From: Prasinococcaceae sp. CCMP 1430
Taxonomy: Eukaryota > Plantae > Prasinodermophyta
DNA length: 64,000 nucleotides
Reading direction: 5' to 3'
Assembly: GCA_013416795.1 (NCBI GenBank)
Contig: RQSC01000004.1
Coordinates: 500,854-564,853 of the forward strand
Numbering within the stretch: position 1 is the stretch's first letter; each line of letters begins with the position of its first letter. Positions 1-14,410 of the stretch are shown here, in pieces. A program made the translations under genes and the position numbers. The notes beneath the pieces were generated by a model. The model was given only the letters and a program-made list of their open reading frames with translations, did not search any database and had not been told where the DNA came from.

Positions 1-320
1 GGCGGAACCCGCCGCGCGGGCGCCGCGAGCGCGCCCTGCGCCGCCACGGCACGCCATGCGCGCGAAGCGGAACCCCGAGCGCGGAACCCATCCCCTCCGG
101 CCCGCGCCGCCGTCGGTGTCCGCCACCGGGACCGCGCTGCACGCAGGCCGCCTCCCCCCCAGCCTGCCTCTTCCCTTCCCCCCGCCCCCCCTCACATCCG
201 ATCGAGGCACGGCGGTGTGCTGCGCGACAGGGCACACGCACACGCACACCTCACCGCCCCCTCCCCCACCCCGTCAGTCAGTCAGGCAGGCAGGCAGGCG
301 GAGTCGACGCATGCCCCACC

Positions 321-388
321 AAACCCTAACATGAACACGCGGACGCATCACATGACACTACACTACTGTATGTAGATCTCAAACCCTA
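321..388 (+). promoter_or_regulatory. Two telo-boxes (AAACCCTA) upstream of the NSUN2-like gene
   Basis: aaaccctaa at 321 and aaacccta at 381; A/T tracts at ~575-630. Confidence 0.6.
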
Positions 389-739
389 CCCTTACTGCGT
401 GCGCGCGCCGCGGCGCCACAGCGCGCCGCGGCGCCAGCCCGGCCGCGCCTTTCTGCGGATCGTTTCGCCATTGCGGGTCGTCCCGCGCCCTGCCCCCGCG
501 GCGAAGCCCCGCTCGCCCGCGGCCCCGGCCGAGACCGGATCGCGCGCCGCCGACGACGCGATCCTTTTTCCCCGGCGCAATTTTCATCGGATTTTGCGTC
601 CTGAAAAGAATTTATTTTTTTTCCTTTTTCGTCCTCCTTCGGTCGGTGGGTCGGTCGGGTCCACGTGGACCTGGCGGCCCGCCCACGCGACGCGCTCTGG
701 GCACCGTGGCGGCACGCTGCCGACGACGTCACCGCAGAC

Positions 740-3791
<3,052 letters not shown>

Positions 3792-4056
3792 GCGGCGACC
3801 CCTTGGTGGGTGCCACTCACTGCAGCGCGCGCGTACATTAAAACAAGGTGAAGCGGAACACTCGTCATTCAATACTCGTCGCCGCGGGGGGTGGGGCGCG
3901 GAGCACGCAGCGGAGCACACGGCGCGCGGAGGTAGGGCAGCGCGCGCCCGCGCGCGCAAAATTGTACAGGCGCACGCGCGCAGCACACGCCGCGCACGTG
4001 CGTGAAGGTCGATGAGCTCTGGCCCGCGCCACTGCGCGCGACGCGCGCCTGGGCGA

Positions 4057-5200
4057 TCATAGCGCCTGAGCGTCCATCCAAGCGCCGAGCTCTCGTGAAA
4101 AGTCGCCAGCAGCGAGGTCGAGCATGACGTCGTGCCCGCCCTCAAGCCACACGGGCGCGCCGGCGCCGTAGAAGGACGCGGCCTCGTCCACGCCCTCTTC
4201 ATCTACGATCGCATCGCCGCGCGCACCCACCACGAGCACGCGGGCGCCGGCGGGCACCGGCGGGCCGATTGGAAGGCTCTCCTTCTGCGCGGGCGCAGTG
4301 GCAAGCGCGGATTTGAGCGCGTGCGTTCGTGCGGTGCGCGCGTGCGTCAGTGCGCTGCCGTAGCTCATGCCTCTCGCTGGGTTGCTCGTTGGCTCAAGCA
4401 AGTGTGCGGATGGGTTGGGAGGCGTGGAGAAAGAGAGTGTGCGTGCGTGGCCGCGCTTGAGCCGAGGGGGAAGCGCGCGCGGATCGCACGCGCGCGCATC
4501 CCATGCGAGGCGCACCTCGAGGCGCTTGAGGTCGAGCAGCGGGCCATTGCTCCCCTCGGCCATGCGCGCCATCGCCGCCTGCACGACTTCGTCTGGCGTG
4601 GCGCCGCTGAAGAACGTCGAGCGGCAGAGCGCCGCGTCGCGCCGCGCGGCGCCCGCGGCAAACGCCCACGTGAGGCGCACCGACGCCAACGGATCCCGCC
4701 GGAAGAAGCGGCCTATCATCGCCCTGTTCCCGGAGGGCGGCACCGATGCCGCGAGGACGAATGCCGCCGCGGCCGGCGGCGCAACCACACCTGACGCGTA
4801 CTGCTGCACGACCAGCCCGCCGAAGGAGTGGCCTACGACCACCGGCGCGGCGCCACCACACTCGGCACTCACTTGTTTCACCACGGCCGCGAGGTCGGCA
4901 GTATGCTCCTCGAGGGCAGGCGCGTAGTCTACGCCACCTGGCGCATCGCTTCCGCCTTGCCCCCTGAGCGAGTAGGCGACCACGCGTCGTCCGCCGGCGG
5001 CGAGCTCCTGCAGCACGCCGCCGTCGGCCCAGCACCACGCGGCGTGGAATGAGCCGTGCACGAGCACGACGGGAGCGCGCGCATCGTGCGTGCCCGCAGC
5101 GAGCGCCTCGAGCGCGGGCGACGTGTGCGGCGCGCCGGTGTAAAGCACGTGCTCGACCGCAGCCGCGCCGCCACTCGCGGCCTCGGCGGTCGGCGGCGGC
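4057..5200 (-). CDS. Alpha/beta-fold hydrolase; intron 4515-4285; 5' end uncertain
   Basis: VVLVHGSFHAAWCW, YSLRGQGGS, nucleophile elbow GHSFGG, acid GDAIVD, His in GGHDVMLD. 231-nt GT..AG intron with CTGAC branch point gives LKRLE|KESLP. Confidence 0.9.
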
Positions 5201-5577
5201 GGCGGCGGCAGTGGCGGCGGCAGTGGAGCGCGCGCGGGCGGGCGCGCGCCGCCGCGAGTGAGTAAGCGAGCAAGTAGGTGCGGCCGTGTGCCGTGGGCAC
5301 GCAAATTGCATCGCGCAGTGCCCACAGCCAGCCGCGTGCGCTCTGTGGCACGCGAAAGCGCGCGAGCGCGGTCTGTGCGTGGTCTGTGCCGGAGTGGACA
5401 AAAACAGACCTCGCGTGTCTAGCCACGCTACGCCTCTGGCGTGCAGACGTGCGAACAAGCACGGCTGTCGCACGCGAGCATACACGAGCGGGTGTAGTAT
5501 GCCAACACAGGCACGCGTGCGCACGCGCGCACAGGAGCGTGTGTGATGCATACGCGGGGTCCTGCGAGCAGGTGGCG

Positions 5578-7092
5578 TTACTGCTCGTGCGCTCGCACAT
5601 CGTCGCCGATGGCGCCCTCGCCCTGCTCGCTCTCGCCCTCGTCCTCGCCCGCGCCCTCGCCCCCGACCACGGCCTCGACCTTGGCCTCACGCGGCCCGTC
5701 GACCTCGGCCTCGGCCGTGACCTCTGTGCCCTCTCTGTTCTCTCTGCTCTCGCTGCCCTCTCTGCTCTCTCTGCCGTCTGTGGCTTGTGTGCCTCGCTCG
5801 CTGGTGTCTCTCCCGACCGCATCGGAGCGGTCTGTGACCGCGCTCGTGGTGCTCACAGGCGAGCCCGAGCCATCCTCAAGCGCATAGGAGCCGTCCGCGA
5901 AGAGCCCCGCGACGAAGTCGTACATGGGATCGCCCGGGCCGGCGGGGGGCTGCGGCGGCGGGTATGGGTCGGGCGCGCCCGTGCGGCGCGCGCGCCAGCG
6001 TCGATAGCGTCTGCGCGCGCGCTCGGTTATGCCCACGCGCTCCTTGAAGGGGTGCTTGCTGTCGTGCATCTGTGGGCGGGACAGCGAGCGGGCGGGCGGG
6101 AGCACGCGCGCGTGCGTGTACGAGTGCGTTCGGGCGCGCCGGCGGGTCAGCACGCGCGGCGTGCACCGCGCGGTGTGCGTTCACACGCGCAGCCGGCGCG
6201 CCCCGCGCACGCGCACTCACCCATCGACCAGGCACGATTCTGCAGAACGAGGCAAGCAGGTAGCGATCCAGAGCCGACTCGCGCTCTTGGACGTAGCGCA
6301 GGTAAGCCACGCCCATCTGGAGAGAGACGGCTCGCCGGCGGCGACGCAGCTGCGCTTCCGGCGACTCGGGCGCAGAGCGCTCGGGCGCATGAAAGCTGCC
6401 TGTGTGCGCATGGCGTAGCACGGGCCCATTGGCGCGGGAATTGGATGCGAGCGCACGAGTCACGTGTGAGGAGGCGCATCAGCACACGCACGTGGCTCGT
6501 CGCTGCAGCGAGGCAGTCGCGTCCTCGCGAGCGCGGGCCGTACACGCATGGACCCATACACGCGCACAACCACTCGCAAACGCATGCGCGGCTGTATTCG
6601 CACTCGCGTGCACGTGCATGCGCGCAAGCGAGCACGGACCCTGAAGCGTTTGCTTGCAGACCTCGCAAGCGAGCGGGTTGCCGAGCGCAGCGGTGAGCGC
6701 CTCTGGCCGCGTGTCGATCCACTGCACGTCATTGCGCGCGCAATGTGAGCGCGTAGAGCATGCCACACACGCGATGCGCCGGAAATGTGAGCCAACGCGC
6801 TCTGTGTCAGTGCGCGCGCACATGTGAGCGCAAGCGCGAGCGTGCGCGCGAGCGCCCTCGCTCATGTACGCGTGCACATGTGTGCGCGCTCGCTCGTGCG
6901 CGTGTGCGTGTGCACCCGCGCGCAACGGCCGAGTCGTGCGGCGCCCGCGCGTCCGCGCACCTTCTGCATGCACTTCACATGGACGTGCGCGAGGTGGCCC
7001 GCGCACCCGCACGGCGTGACGAGCGGTGAGGTGTCATCCTCCTCTGCGGTCATCCCGCAGATGCGGCACTCGGGCGCGTCCACCTCGTCCAT
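5578..7092 (-). CDS. RING-CH (RINGv/MARCH-type) E3 ubiquitin ligase; exons 7092-6961, 6721-6640, 6399-6221, 6069-5578
   Basis: Exon 1 ECRICGMTAEEDDTSPLVTPCGCAGHLAHVHVKCMQK joins in phase to WIDTRP..ACEVCKQ, giving the C4HC3 pattern; all four exons have phase-compatible GT/AG sites; acidic low-complexity tail. Confidence 0.85.
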
Positions 7093-7505
7093 CTCGCCGC
7101 CGCCGCGCCACGGCGCGCGCGCGCGCCGTGGCATCGCCGGCCAGTTCCCCGAAGACGCCCCCGGCCTCTGGAGACGAACCCGGCCGTGACGACAATGCGG
7201 CCCGCCACACACGCACAGTATACATTTAAAATAAACATTTCAAATAGCCACGGGAGAGCACCACTGCCTGAGACATGCGGGTTGCGTTCCCCTACTCGCA
7301 CTGGCGAGAGGCGAGCGAAGCACGTGCTGCCGCGCGAGAACGCGGCGGGGCGGGCGGGCAAGCGCAGCTGCGCCGCGGCGCGCCACACGCAGGCCCGGCG
7401 CGCCGCGGGGCCTGGTGAGCTTGTCCAAGCGAGCGCCGAGGGGCCGGGCGGCGTCGGCCGGTGGCGGTGGCGGAAGCAGGCCACGGAAAAGTGCGGGCGG
7501 GCGGC

Positions 7506-9791
7506 ATGCGGCGCCGGTGGCCGGCGCGGGTGTGGGCCCAGCCGTGGCCACCGCCGCCTGCGGTGCGGCTACAGGCGGAGTCACCCGGGCTGCTGCCCGC
7601 GGTCCCCCTCCTGCTCCTCTTGCTGCTGCTGCTCGGCGCGGCCAGCGGGCGCGCCGACGCGCCAGATGCCAGCACTGGCGCTGGTTCCGGAGCGCACGCC
7701 CGCAACACTGGCGTTCCCTCCTTGGAGCCCGTCCCGGGCATCACGCGCGCGTGGTCGTACGACGCGTCGGCCGACACGTGCGCGCGCGTGGCTGCCTCGG
7801 AGCTCACCGCCGAGCGCTATGCGGCCGAGTTTGCCGCGCCGATGAAGCCGCTCATTATTGAGGGCCTCGCCAGCTCGTGGCCTGCGGCGAAGTGGGGCGA
7901 CCCCTCATATCTCTCCGCCGCGCCATGGGGTCCGACTACGCCGGGCAACGGTGTCTCCAGTATGGGGGACGGGTCAGAGCGCGTTCACCAGTGCTTTTGG
8001 GCCACCAAGCGCATACACGAGGTCGAGGCTAAGCTTAAGGTGGGGGAGGGGGGCGACGACGCAAGGCTCGAGCGCGCGTCGCTCTATGAGGCTTTCAAGC
8101 GGATGCTTGTGGCTAACTGTACCGCTCGCGCGAGGGCGGTGCTACCACTGCCGAGCCAACAGCCCTTCACAGACGACTATCCAGACGGAACGCTGGGCGA
8201 TATGGTGCAGCACACGCTCGGCGACCCCGCGCGCAACAGCGAGCCGTGGATGCCACACTCTTCATACGGCCAGTATCTCACCCTGGAGAGCGACATCTTC
8301 GGCCATTTCCCGGAGCTGTGGGACGATCACGTCGGACCGTTGCCCGAGTACCTACGCCCAGAGGAGTTTTTGCGCTTCGAGAAGGACACAGTACGTGGTG
8401 GCAGACGCGGCCCGCCCGCCAACCGCTCACTGCTGCTAGGTGGAAAAGGCTCGCGATCAGCACTGCACCAGGACGGATATGGGTGGACGAGTTGGATCGC
8501 GGTTTTGAGCGGTAGCAAGCTTGCCAAGGTATGGCCGGGCAGCATCGATGCTGCTGCGACGTTTGGCAGCGGGGCAGAGGAGTTCGATCCCTTCAACGAG
8601 TATCCGCCCGAGGTCGACGAGGCGTGGGCGAGAGGAGGGCGATTCGGCGCACACGGCGACGGAGAGTTCGATGACGGCTGGCGCTCGGCCGCGAAGCCGC
8701 GCGCGCCAATGCTGCCAGCGGAGTGCTTGATCCGCGCGGGCGATGTGCTCATCACGCACAACTTCTGGCACACTGTCGTCAACCTCGAGCCGACCGTGGC
8801 CGTGACCTCTAATTTTGTGGACGAGGCCGCGGCAGCCCATTATCTGTGGAAGACTCTCTCGGCCAAGCGGGTCGAATCGGAAGATCTTCGAGACATCCTC
8901 GAGCGACTCCTGCGCTCGCGAAACACAGGTATTGCTGATCGCGTCGTTGAGCAATTCATCGGCTGGGCGAAGGCGCGCTGCGGCACGCATGAGCAGGAGC
9001 TGGTCGCGCGAGCTGCGGCCAATGCACAGACGTACTGGCTGCTCATCTCGAGCATTGCGAGCGCGGCACCAGCAAGCAAGACGCATGCAGTGCTCGCACT
9101 GTCTGCTCAGCTCGAACGCGCGTGCGAGGGGGGCGAGGGCGCGACAGCGATCGCGGCTGCTGCTGCTCAAGATGCTGCTGCTCTCGAGGTTGCGGGCAGG
9201 AAGGGCGAGAAGTACGCGGAGCCCAAGGACCAGTCGCAGCATCTGCTGAAGGGAGGGGGCGAAGACGACGTTCACGAGGTGACTCTGAAGGAGCAGATCG
9301 AGCTGTCTCGGGGAGCACAGATGCAACAGCCGAAGCTCCACGTCCCTAGCATCGGGGAGCAGAAGCGTGAGCACGAACGCGAGCGGCTGCGCGACGCACA
9401 GCAGGCGATGGCGCGCGCACGCGAGGACCCTCAGGGCGTGCCCGCGAACCAGCAATCGCATCCGGTTGGCCAGTTTCTCTCGGGAGCGCGAGCGGACACG
9501 GTCGGGTCCAAGGCGCACAGTGATCGTGAGGAAGCGGCCTACGAAGGGGTGACTCAAAAGGAAAAGGCGCATGGTACCAGTGGCGGGGCGCAGGCGTTCA
9601 CGCGTGTGCGCCCGCATGTGAGGGCAAGCCTCGATGGCAGCGAGACGCTACCGCTGTACGTAGCGCCAGCGGCAGCAGCGGTGCTGTTTGTGGCCGTACT
9701 TCTGCGCGGCACGATCGTGAGGCGACGGCGAGCAGCGACACGGAACATGAGGCTGCCACACACAGCCCCACGGGCACGAGGGCGCGCGTGA
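7506..9791 (+). CDS. JmjC (JMJD6/JMJD4/JMJD8-like) 2-oxoglutarate/Fe(II) dioxygenase with N-terminal signal-like hydrophobic stretch and C-terminal TM helix
   Basis: KPLIIEGLASSWPAAKW; LLLGGKGSRSALHQDGYGWTSWIAVLSGSKLAKVWP; GDVLITHNFWHTVVNLEPTVAVTSNFVD; poly-Leu at the N-terminus; AAAVLFVAVLL followed by RRRR at the C-terminus. Confidence 0.88.
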   Translation: MRRRWPARVWAQPWPPPPAVRLQAESPGLLPAVPLLLLLLLLLGAASGRADAPDASTGAGSGAHARNTGVPSLEPVPGITRAWSYDASADTCARVAASELTAERYAAEFAAPMKPLIIEGLASSWPAAKWGDPSYLSAAPWGPTTPGNGVSSMGDGSERVHQCFWATKRIHEVEAKLKVGEGGDDARLERASLYEAFKRMLVANCTARARAVLPLPSQQPFTDDYPDGTLGDMVQHTLGDPARNSEPWMPHSSYGQYLTLESDIFGHFPELWDDHVGPLPEYLRPEEFLRFEKDTVRGGRRGPPANRSLLLGGKGSRSALHQDGYGWTSWIAVLSGSKLAKVWPGSIDAAATFGSGAEEFDPFNEYPPEVDEAWARGGRFGAHGDGEFDDGWRSAAKPRAPMLPAECLIRAGDVLITHNFWHTVVNLEPTVAVTSNFVDEAAAAHYLWKTLSAKRVESEDLRDILERLLRSRNTGIADRVVEQFIGWAKARCGTHEQELVARAAANAQTYWLLISSIASAAPASKTHAVLALSAQLERACEGGEGATAIAAAAAQDAAALEVAGRKGEKYAEPKDQSQHLLKGGGEDDVHEVTLKEQIELSRGAQMQQPKLHVPSIGEQKREHERERLRDAQQAMARAREDPQGVPANQQSHPVGQFLSGARADTVGSKAHSDREEAAYEGVTQKEKAHGTSGGAQAFTRVRPHVRASLDGSETLPLYVAPAAAAVLFVAVLLRGTIVRRRRAATRNMRLPHTAPRARGRA

Positions 9792-10145
9792 CTGTGTAGG
9801 GGGCGTAATAAGTCACCAAATGAATGCCGCGAGTCGGGCTGCTGGCATGAATTCCAGAATGGCAGGGCAGGGCGCTGGCGCAAACGCACGGCACACGCAT
9901 GCATGCGCGCGAGTTGCGCACACCGTCATCGGGCCGAGCACATTGGCCTGTGACCGCGCTCCCAGCCTACGTACTGGTAGCCCGCGCGAGCGCTCCACCA
10001 CAGCTGCGACGCCGTTGGGCAGCAGCGCTCACCCCTGCGCTCGTGGCGTGCGCGTGGGGGCATGGCTTGGCGTTAGCGGCGCGCCCGCATCTCTGCGCAC
10101 ACTTTTGGACCACGCGCTACAGCGGTCGGCGAGGGTATCGCACAG

Positions 10146-11621
10146 TCATCTTCGGCCGCGCTCCCTTGCGCGAACGCACGCGCGAACGTGGGCGCACACG
10201 CACCGCTCTCCCTCTCCGCCAATCCCCAGCCTTTGGAAGAAATCCTCCCCGAGCAGCGGGTGACGCCAGAACGTCGCAGTGCGCCGCGATCGCCCGCCAA
10301 TCACGCGTGTCTCTCGCGCTCGCGTCGCCAGCAGGTAGCTAGCGTAGCTGTGTTGCGCGGCGAGGGCGCACGCGCTCAGCGGGTCAGCGCGTTGTACGTG
10401 AGCGCTTGTGGTCAAGCGTGCATGCGCGCACAGCCGCAGTTGGCTTCGGGCACACGCGCACACGCCTCGCCGGTGCACGTACGTCTGATACTCGGAGAAC
10501 CCAAGCCGCGGGTCTGTCGACGCGAGCGCTGCGTCTAGGATTCGCCACGCCCACGGAGAGTCAGAGCTCGCGGCCGGCACGTCGGCACCACGGAGCAGAT
10601 CGAGCTCCTCCCCCTCCCTGCCACCGCCGCCGCCTATTACTCCCAAGAGCTCCTGCGCGAACGGCGCCGAAGCAGGGCGCGCCCCCGCATCGCACGTCCA
10701 GGCAGCAGCGCGTCAGCGTGCTGGCACGGCGAGTCAGAGCGCAGCGGTATGCCAACACGCACGTACCTGCACGACATCTCTCCTAAACAGCATCGCGTTG
10801 GAGACATAGCTCGAGCCGTCCGGCGCATATGCGCTCGGCACGCGCGCGAGGCCTGCTACGGCCGCGTCATATGCGCGCACGGCGTTACCGCCGGCGTGCA
10901 GCAGCGTCACTTGCGCCCCCACGCTGCCGGGTGCATGCGAAAACGACTCAAACGACGGTGTCCGCAGCGCAATCATGTCCATGTCCCAGACGACGAATCT
11001 CGAGCTAAGGTCTTGCAGCTGTGGGTGGGGCGAGACCGCCGCGCCCAGCTTGAGCAGCTGCTGCATGTACCAACCACCGAGCGTGCGGCCCGAGTACACT
11101 GAAGCTGCGCCGTCGTCGCCACGACGCTTGTCGAAGTACGCGTCAAGCGCCGCGCGCGTGACACCCGGTAGGACGCTATCCTCAGATACGCAGCGCACAC
11201 GTAAGTGGGCCGCGTGCTCCGCTGCGAGGTCCGCGCATGCGGCCGCATCGGCAGCCAGCAGCACTACCGAGCGAGGACGCACGAACTTGGCCACGGAAAA
11301 CAGCACGGCGCGGGTCACGCAGGAGGGCGCGGCGAGCGTGCCGACGACGTCGGTGTCCGCATAGGGGCTATCGTGAGCGCCTGAGAAGACAGACGCGCCT
11401 TTGTCACTGCCGCTCCCGTTGCCTTGACCGCCCGCCCGTGGCAGTGCCCTCTCGCACCTGGCGTCCCGTTGCGCTGCGGTCGCGCATCGCGGCGGCGAAG
11501 CAGTGCGCCATGCGGCAAGCGCGAGCAGCGCGAGCGCCGCGAGCGGCGCTGCTGCTGCTGCCCGCCCTTGAAGACGTCGCACCAGCCGGGGGGTACGTCG
11601 CTCCGCGCCGGCGCGTGCCAT
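10146..11621 (-). CDS. Type II membrane glycosyltransferase-like protein (GWYxQQLLKL / WDxD family, DUF6492-like); introns 10766-10653 and 10482-10348; 3' end uncertain
   Basis: N-terminal TM (APLAALALLALAAW), GGWYMQQLLKLGAA, FVVWDMDMIAL, LGFSEYQT|YASY; phase-compatible splice sites. Confidence 0.7.
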
Positions 11622-12240
11622 CGCCCCGCGCCAGCGGCGGGGCGCGCCGTGTGGCGGCGGTTCGGTTGCCGTCACACGCGCCACCACTGGGGGCGCGCCC
11701 GGGGAACTGCCTCAAAAAAGGGGGTACAGGAGTGGGGGGCGAGGGCCAGCGGTGGCGAAGCTCGCGCGCCGCACCGCGTGCGGCAAGCAGCCGCGGCGGC
11801 CGCGGCTTCAAGACACGCGAGAGCACACGCAACGCACGCGCTCGCGTGGTAGCGCACGCAGCGCACGCCTGGCGCGACGTCACACGTGCATGCCCACAGC
11901 TCCTGACGCGCCAGCGCCTCGAATAGCCATACAACATTCACAAGGGATCCACAGAGCGACTGCGCGAGCCTCGCACGTGATGCACGCGCGCGCTAGGCGC
12001 ACAGGCGGCGACGCAACGCCCGTCGCGAGGGCTCCTGCCTGAAGCCACGCCGAGCAGAGGGCGTCCCAGTCGTTTCCATTCTTGCTCTAGAGTGCGTTTC
12101 CTGGCTGCTTCCTCTTTCTTCCAACACACCTCCGATGCAGCAGCAGTGCGGCCCGCCTCGCCACGCCGCGCGCGGGTAGTCGGCCACCCGCCGGTCAACC
12201 CCGCCGCGGGCATCGATCTGAGGTAGCACCTGCGTCGTAA

Positions 12241-14362
12241 TTAGGGAAATCCCGAGAACGCGCCGCGCCTGGTCTGTGGGGTCCCGGGCCTCTGCGCCAC
12301 TCCTCTGCCCTTGTCCGCCGGTTTGAGGATCTGGAAGCTGCACATGAGCGTCTCGTCGACTGACATCATCGCGCCCGCGTTGTCGAACTCGCCGCAGTAG
12401 TTTGGCGCCGAGAACACAGTCACCAGCTGTCGCTCAGCGAAGAACTCGTAGCCGTGCTCGACCACCTGGTGCGCCCGCACAACTAGGTCGAAGTTGAAAT
12501 GGTTGAGGAATTCCGTCACGACCTGCTTGCCAAAGACGTAGCTCACTCCTCTGTCGTTCTCGCCCCACCCCAGAATGTCTGGGTCTGGGTCAGCCCATAG
12601 GAAGTCGCACAACATGCCGTTGTCCGGGATGTCGGTAGGCCGCGGGATGTTTTGAATCTGCTCGAGGTTCTTCAGTTCGGGGCTCAGGCCGCCGTGGATG
12701 CAGAAGATGCGCTCGTCCACAACCGCAGCGAACGGCAGGCAGTTGAAGACGTCCATGAACATCTTCCAGGTCTTGATGTTGAACCTGCGCTTCACCTCGT
12801 CATAGAAGCCATAGATGCGGCTGATGGAGGCGCTTTCGTGGTTGCCGCGCAGCATGTGGAAGCAGTCGGGGTACTTGATCTTGTAACACAACAACAGCAT
12901 AGTCACCTCGACACCGTTGCGACCGCGGTCCACATAGTCGCCCAGGAAGAGGTACGAGGTGTTCGGCGGGTAGCCACCGTACTCAAATAGACGGAGCAGG
13001 TCGCTGAACTGGCCATGGATGTCTCCGCAGATTTTCACCGGCGCACTCAGCTCGAGCATACATGGCTGCTCGAGGAAGATCGCCCTACGGGTGTGCGCGC
13101 GATGGCGATGAGCGGGCGACCGAGCGACCGAGCGAGCGCGGGGTTGTCAGCAGTGCGATGACTTGCACAGCGTGCGGCGCCGCAATGCGCCGCGCTGCTG
13201 GTCTACTGCGCCTCCATGGTGCGCATCGCAGCGCGAGCTGAAGAGTCCGCAGATAGGAGGGGCGAAGGCCGCGCGACCTCTCTCCCGGCCGCAGGCCGAC
13301 GCGCTGCCGCCGCCCGCGATAACGCCCCCATGCGCCGAGACTGCCGCAACGTTCCCCTCCTTGCCACGGCACGCCGCACATGCCCGCGCAGGTGCCAGCG
13401 CCGCCCGCCCTAAGCGCACTCCTTCTCAAAAAAACGCTCGCAGGAGGGGCGCGGGGAAAAAAGTTGGTCGCGCGCTCACGGGAGCGCGCGCGAGACGCGC
13501 ACCAGCGCCCCTCCGCGCGCGCGCGTGGGGGGGCGCGCGCGCCTGCCCGCGCGCCCATGCTGACGGGCACACGCGTCTCTTTCGGTCGGAGATGGGCGCA
13601 GGGGGAGGGGCACGGGGGGCATGGGACACGGGCGCGCGCCAAAAGGATGCCGCGAGCTCGCGCGCGCACGGCGTGCCAATTTTTTTTCTCGCGGGCGATT
13701 TTTCCGAGCGAGTTTTTTCGCAGATGAACGCCCCGCGCCACCCCGCGCCGCGCCCCACCCCCCATCAGCGCCGCGCGTGGTCCTGGCTCACCCCACCCTC
13801 CGCCGCCGGCGCGTCCGATCGAGCGCGCGAGGTGCGCGGCGCGACGTACTTTGCCTTGGCGCACACGGTGCGGACCTCATCCTCGCTCAGCGGCACCGAC
13901 CGCTGTTGAAGCGCGTGCGCGCATTGGCGGGCGAGCCGCGGGCAGGGCGCGGGTCAGCGTCGCACCAACGCGTGCAAGCAGGGGGGAGATGAGGGGGTAA
14001 GGGGAGGCTCGAAAGGGGTGGGGTTGAGGAGCGGCATCTCGTTTACGCAACGCCCCGCGTGCGCATGCGCGGACGAGCGTGGTGCGAGTGGCCTTGGGGT
14101 GGGGGGTGGGGGGGGGTGCGCCGCGCCTGCGCTTGACCACCCCAAAGACGAGCACAGGAATTCGCCGGTGCGCGAGAAACGCCCTGCGACTGGGCGCGGC
14201 GCGCGCGGGGTGCGTGTCGGCGCGCGCGCGCGCGTCGCCCCGGCGTACCTGCGTCCTGTTGCCCCCAGCGCCAATGAGGCGGTTGATTAGGTCGTCGATG
14301 AGGTCGTCCCCCTTTGACGCCGTCGCGGCGCGGTCGGCCGCGCTCGCGCCCGACAGCGACAT
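12241..14362 (-). CDS. PP1: Serine/threonine protein phosphatase 1 catalytic subunit; exons 14362-14249, 13902-13850, 13084-12241
   Basis: [44 protein letters not shown]; exons join in phase as ..NRTQ|[18 protein letters not shown]|AIFLEQP. Confidence 0.97.
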
Positions 14363-14410
14363 AATAATTCTCTGTACCCCCCCCCCCCCCAAGCTGCCGC
14401 GTGCCGCCTT

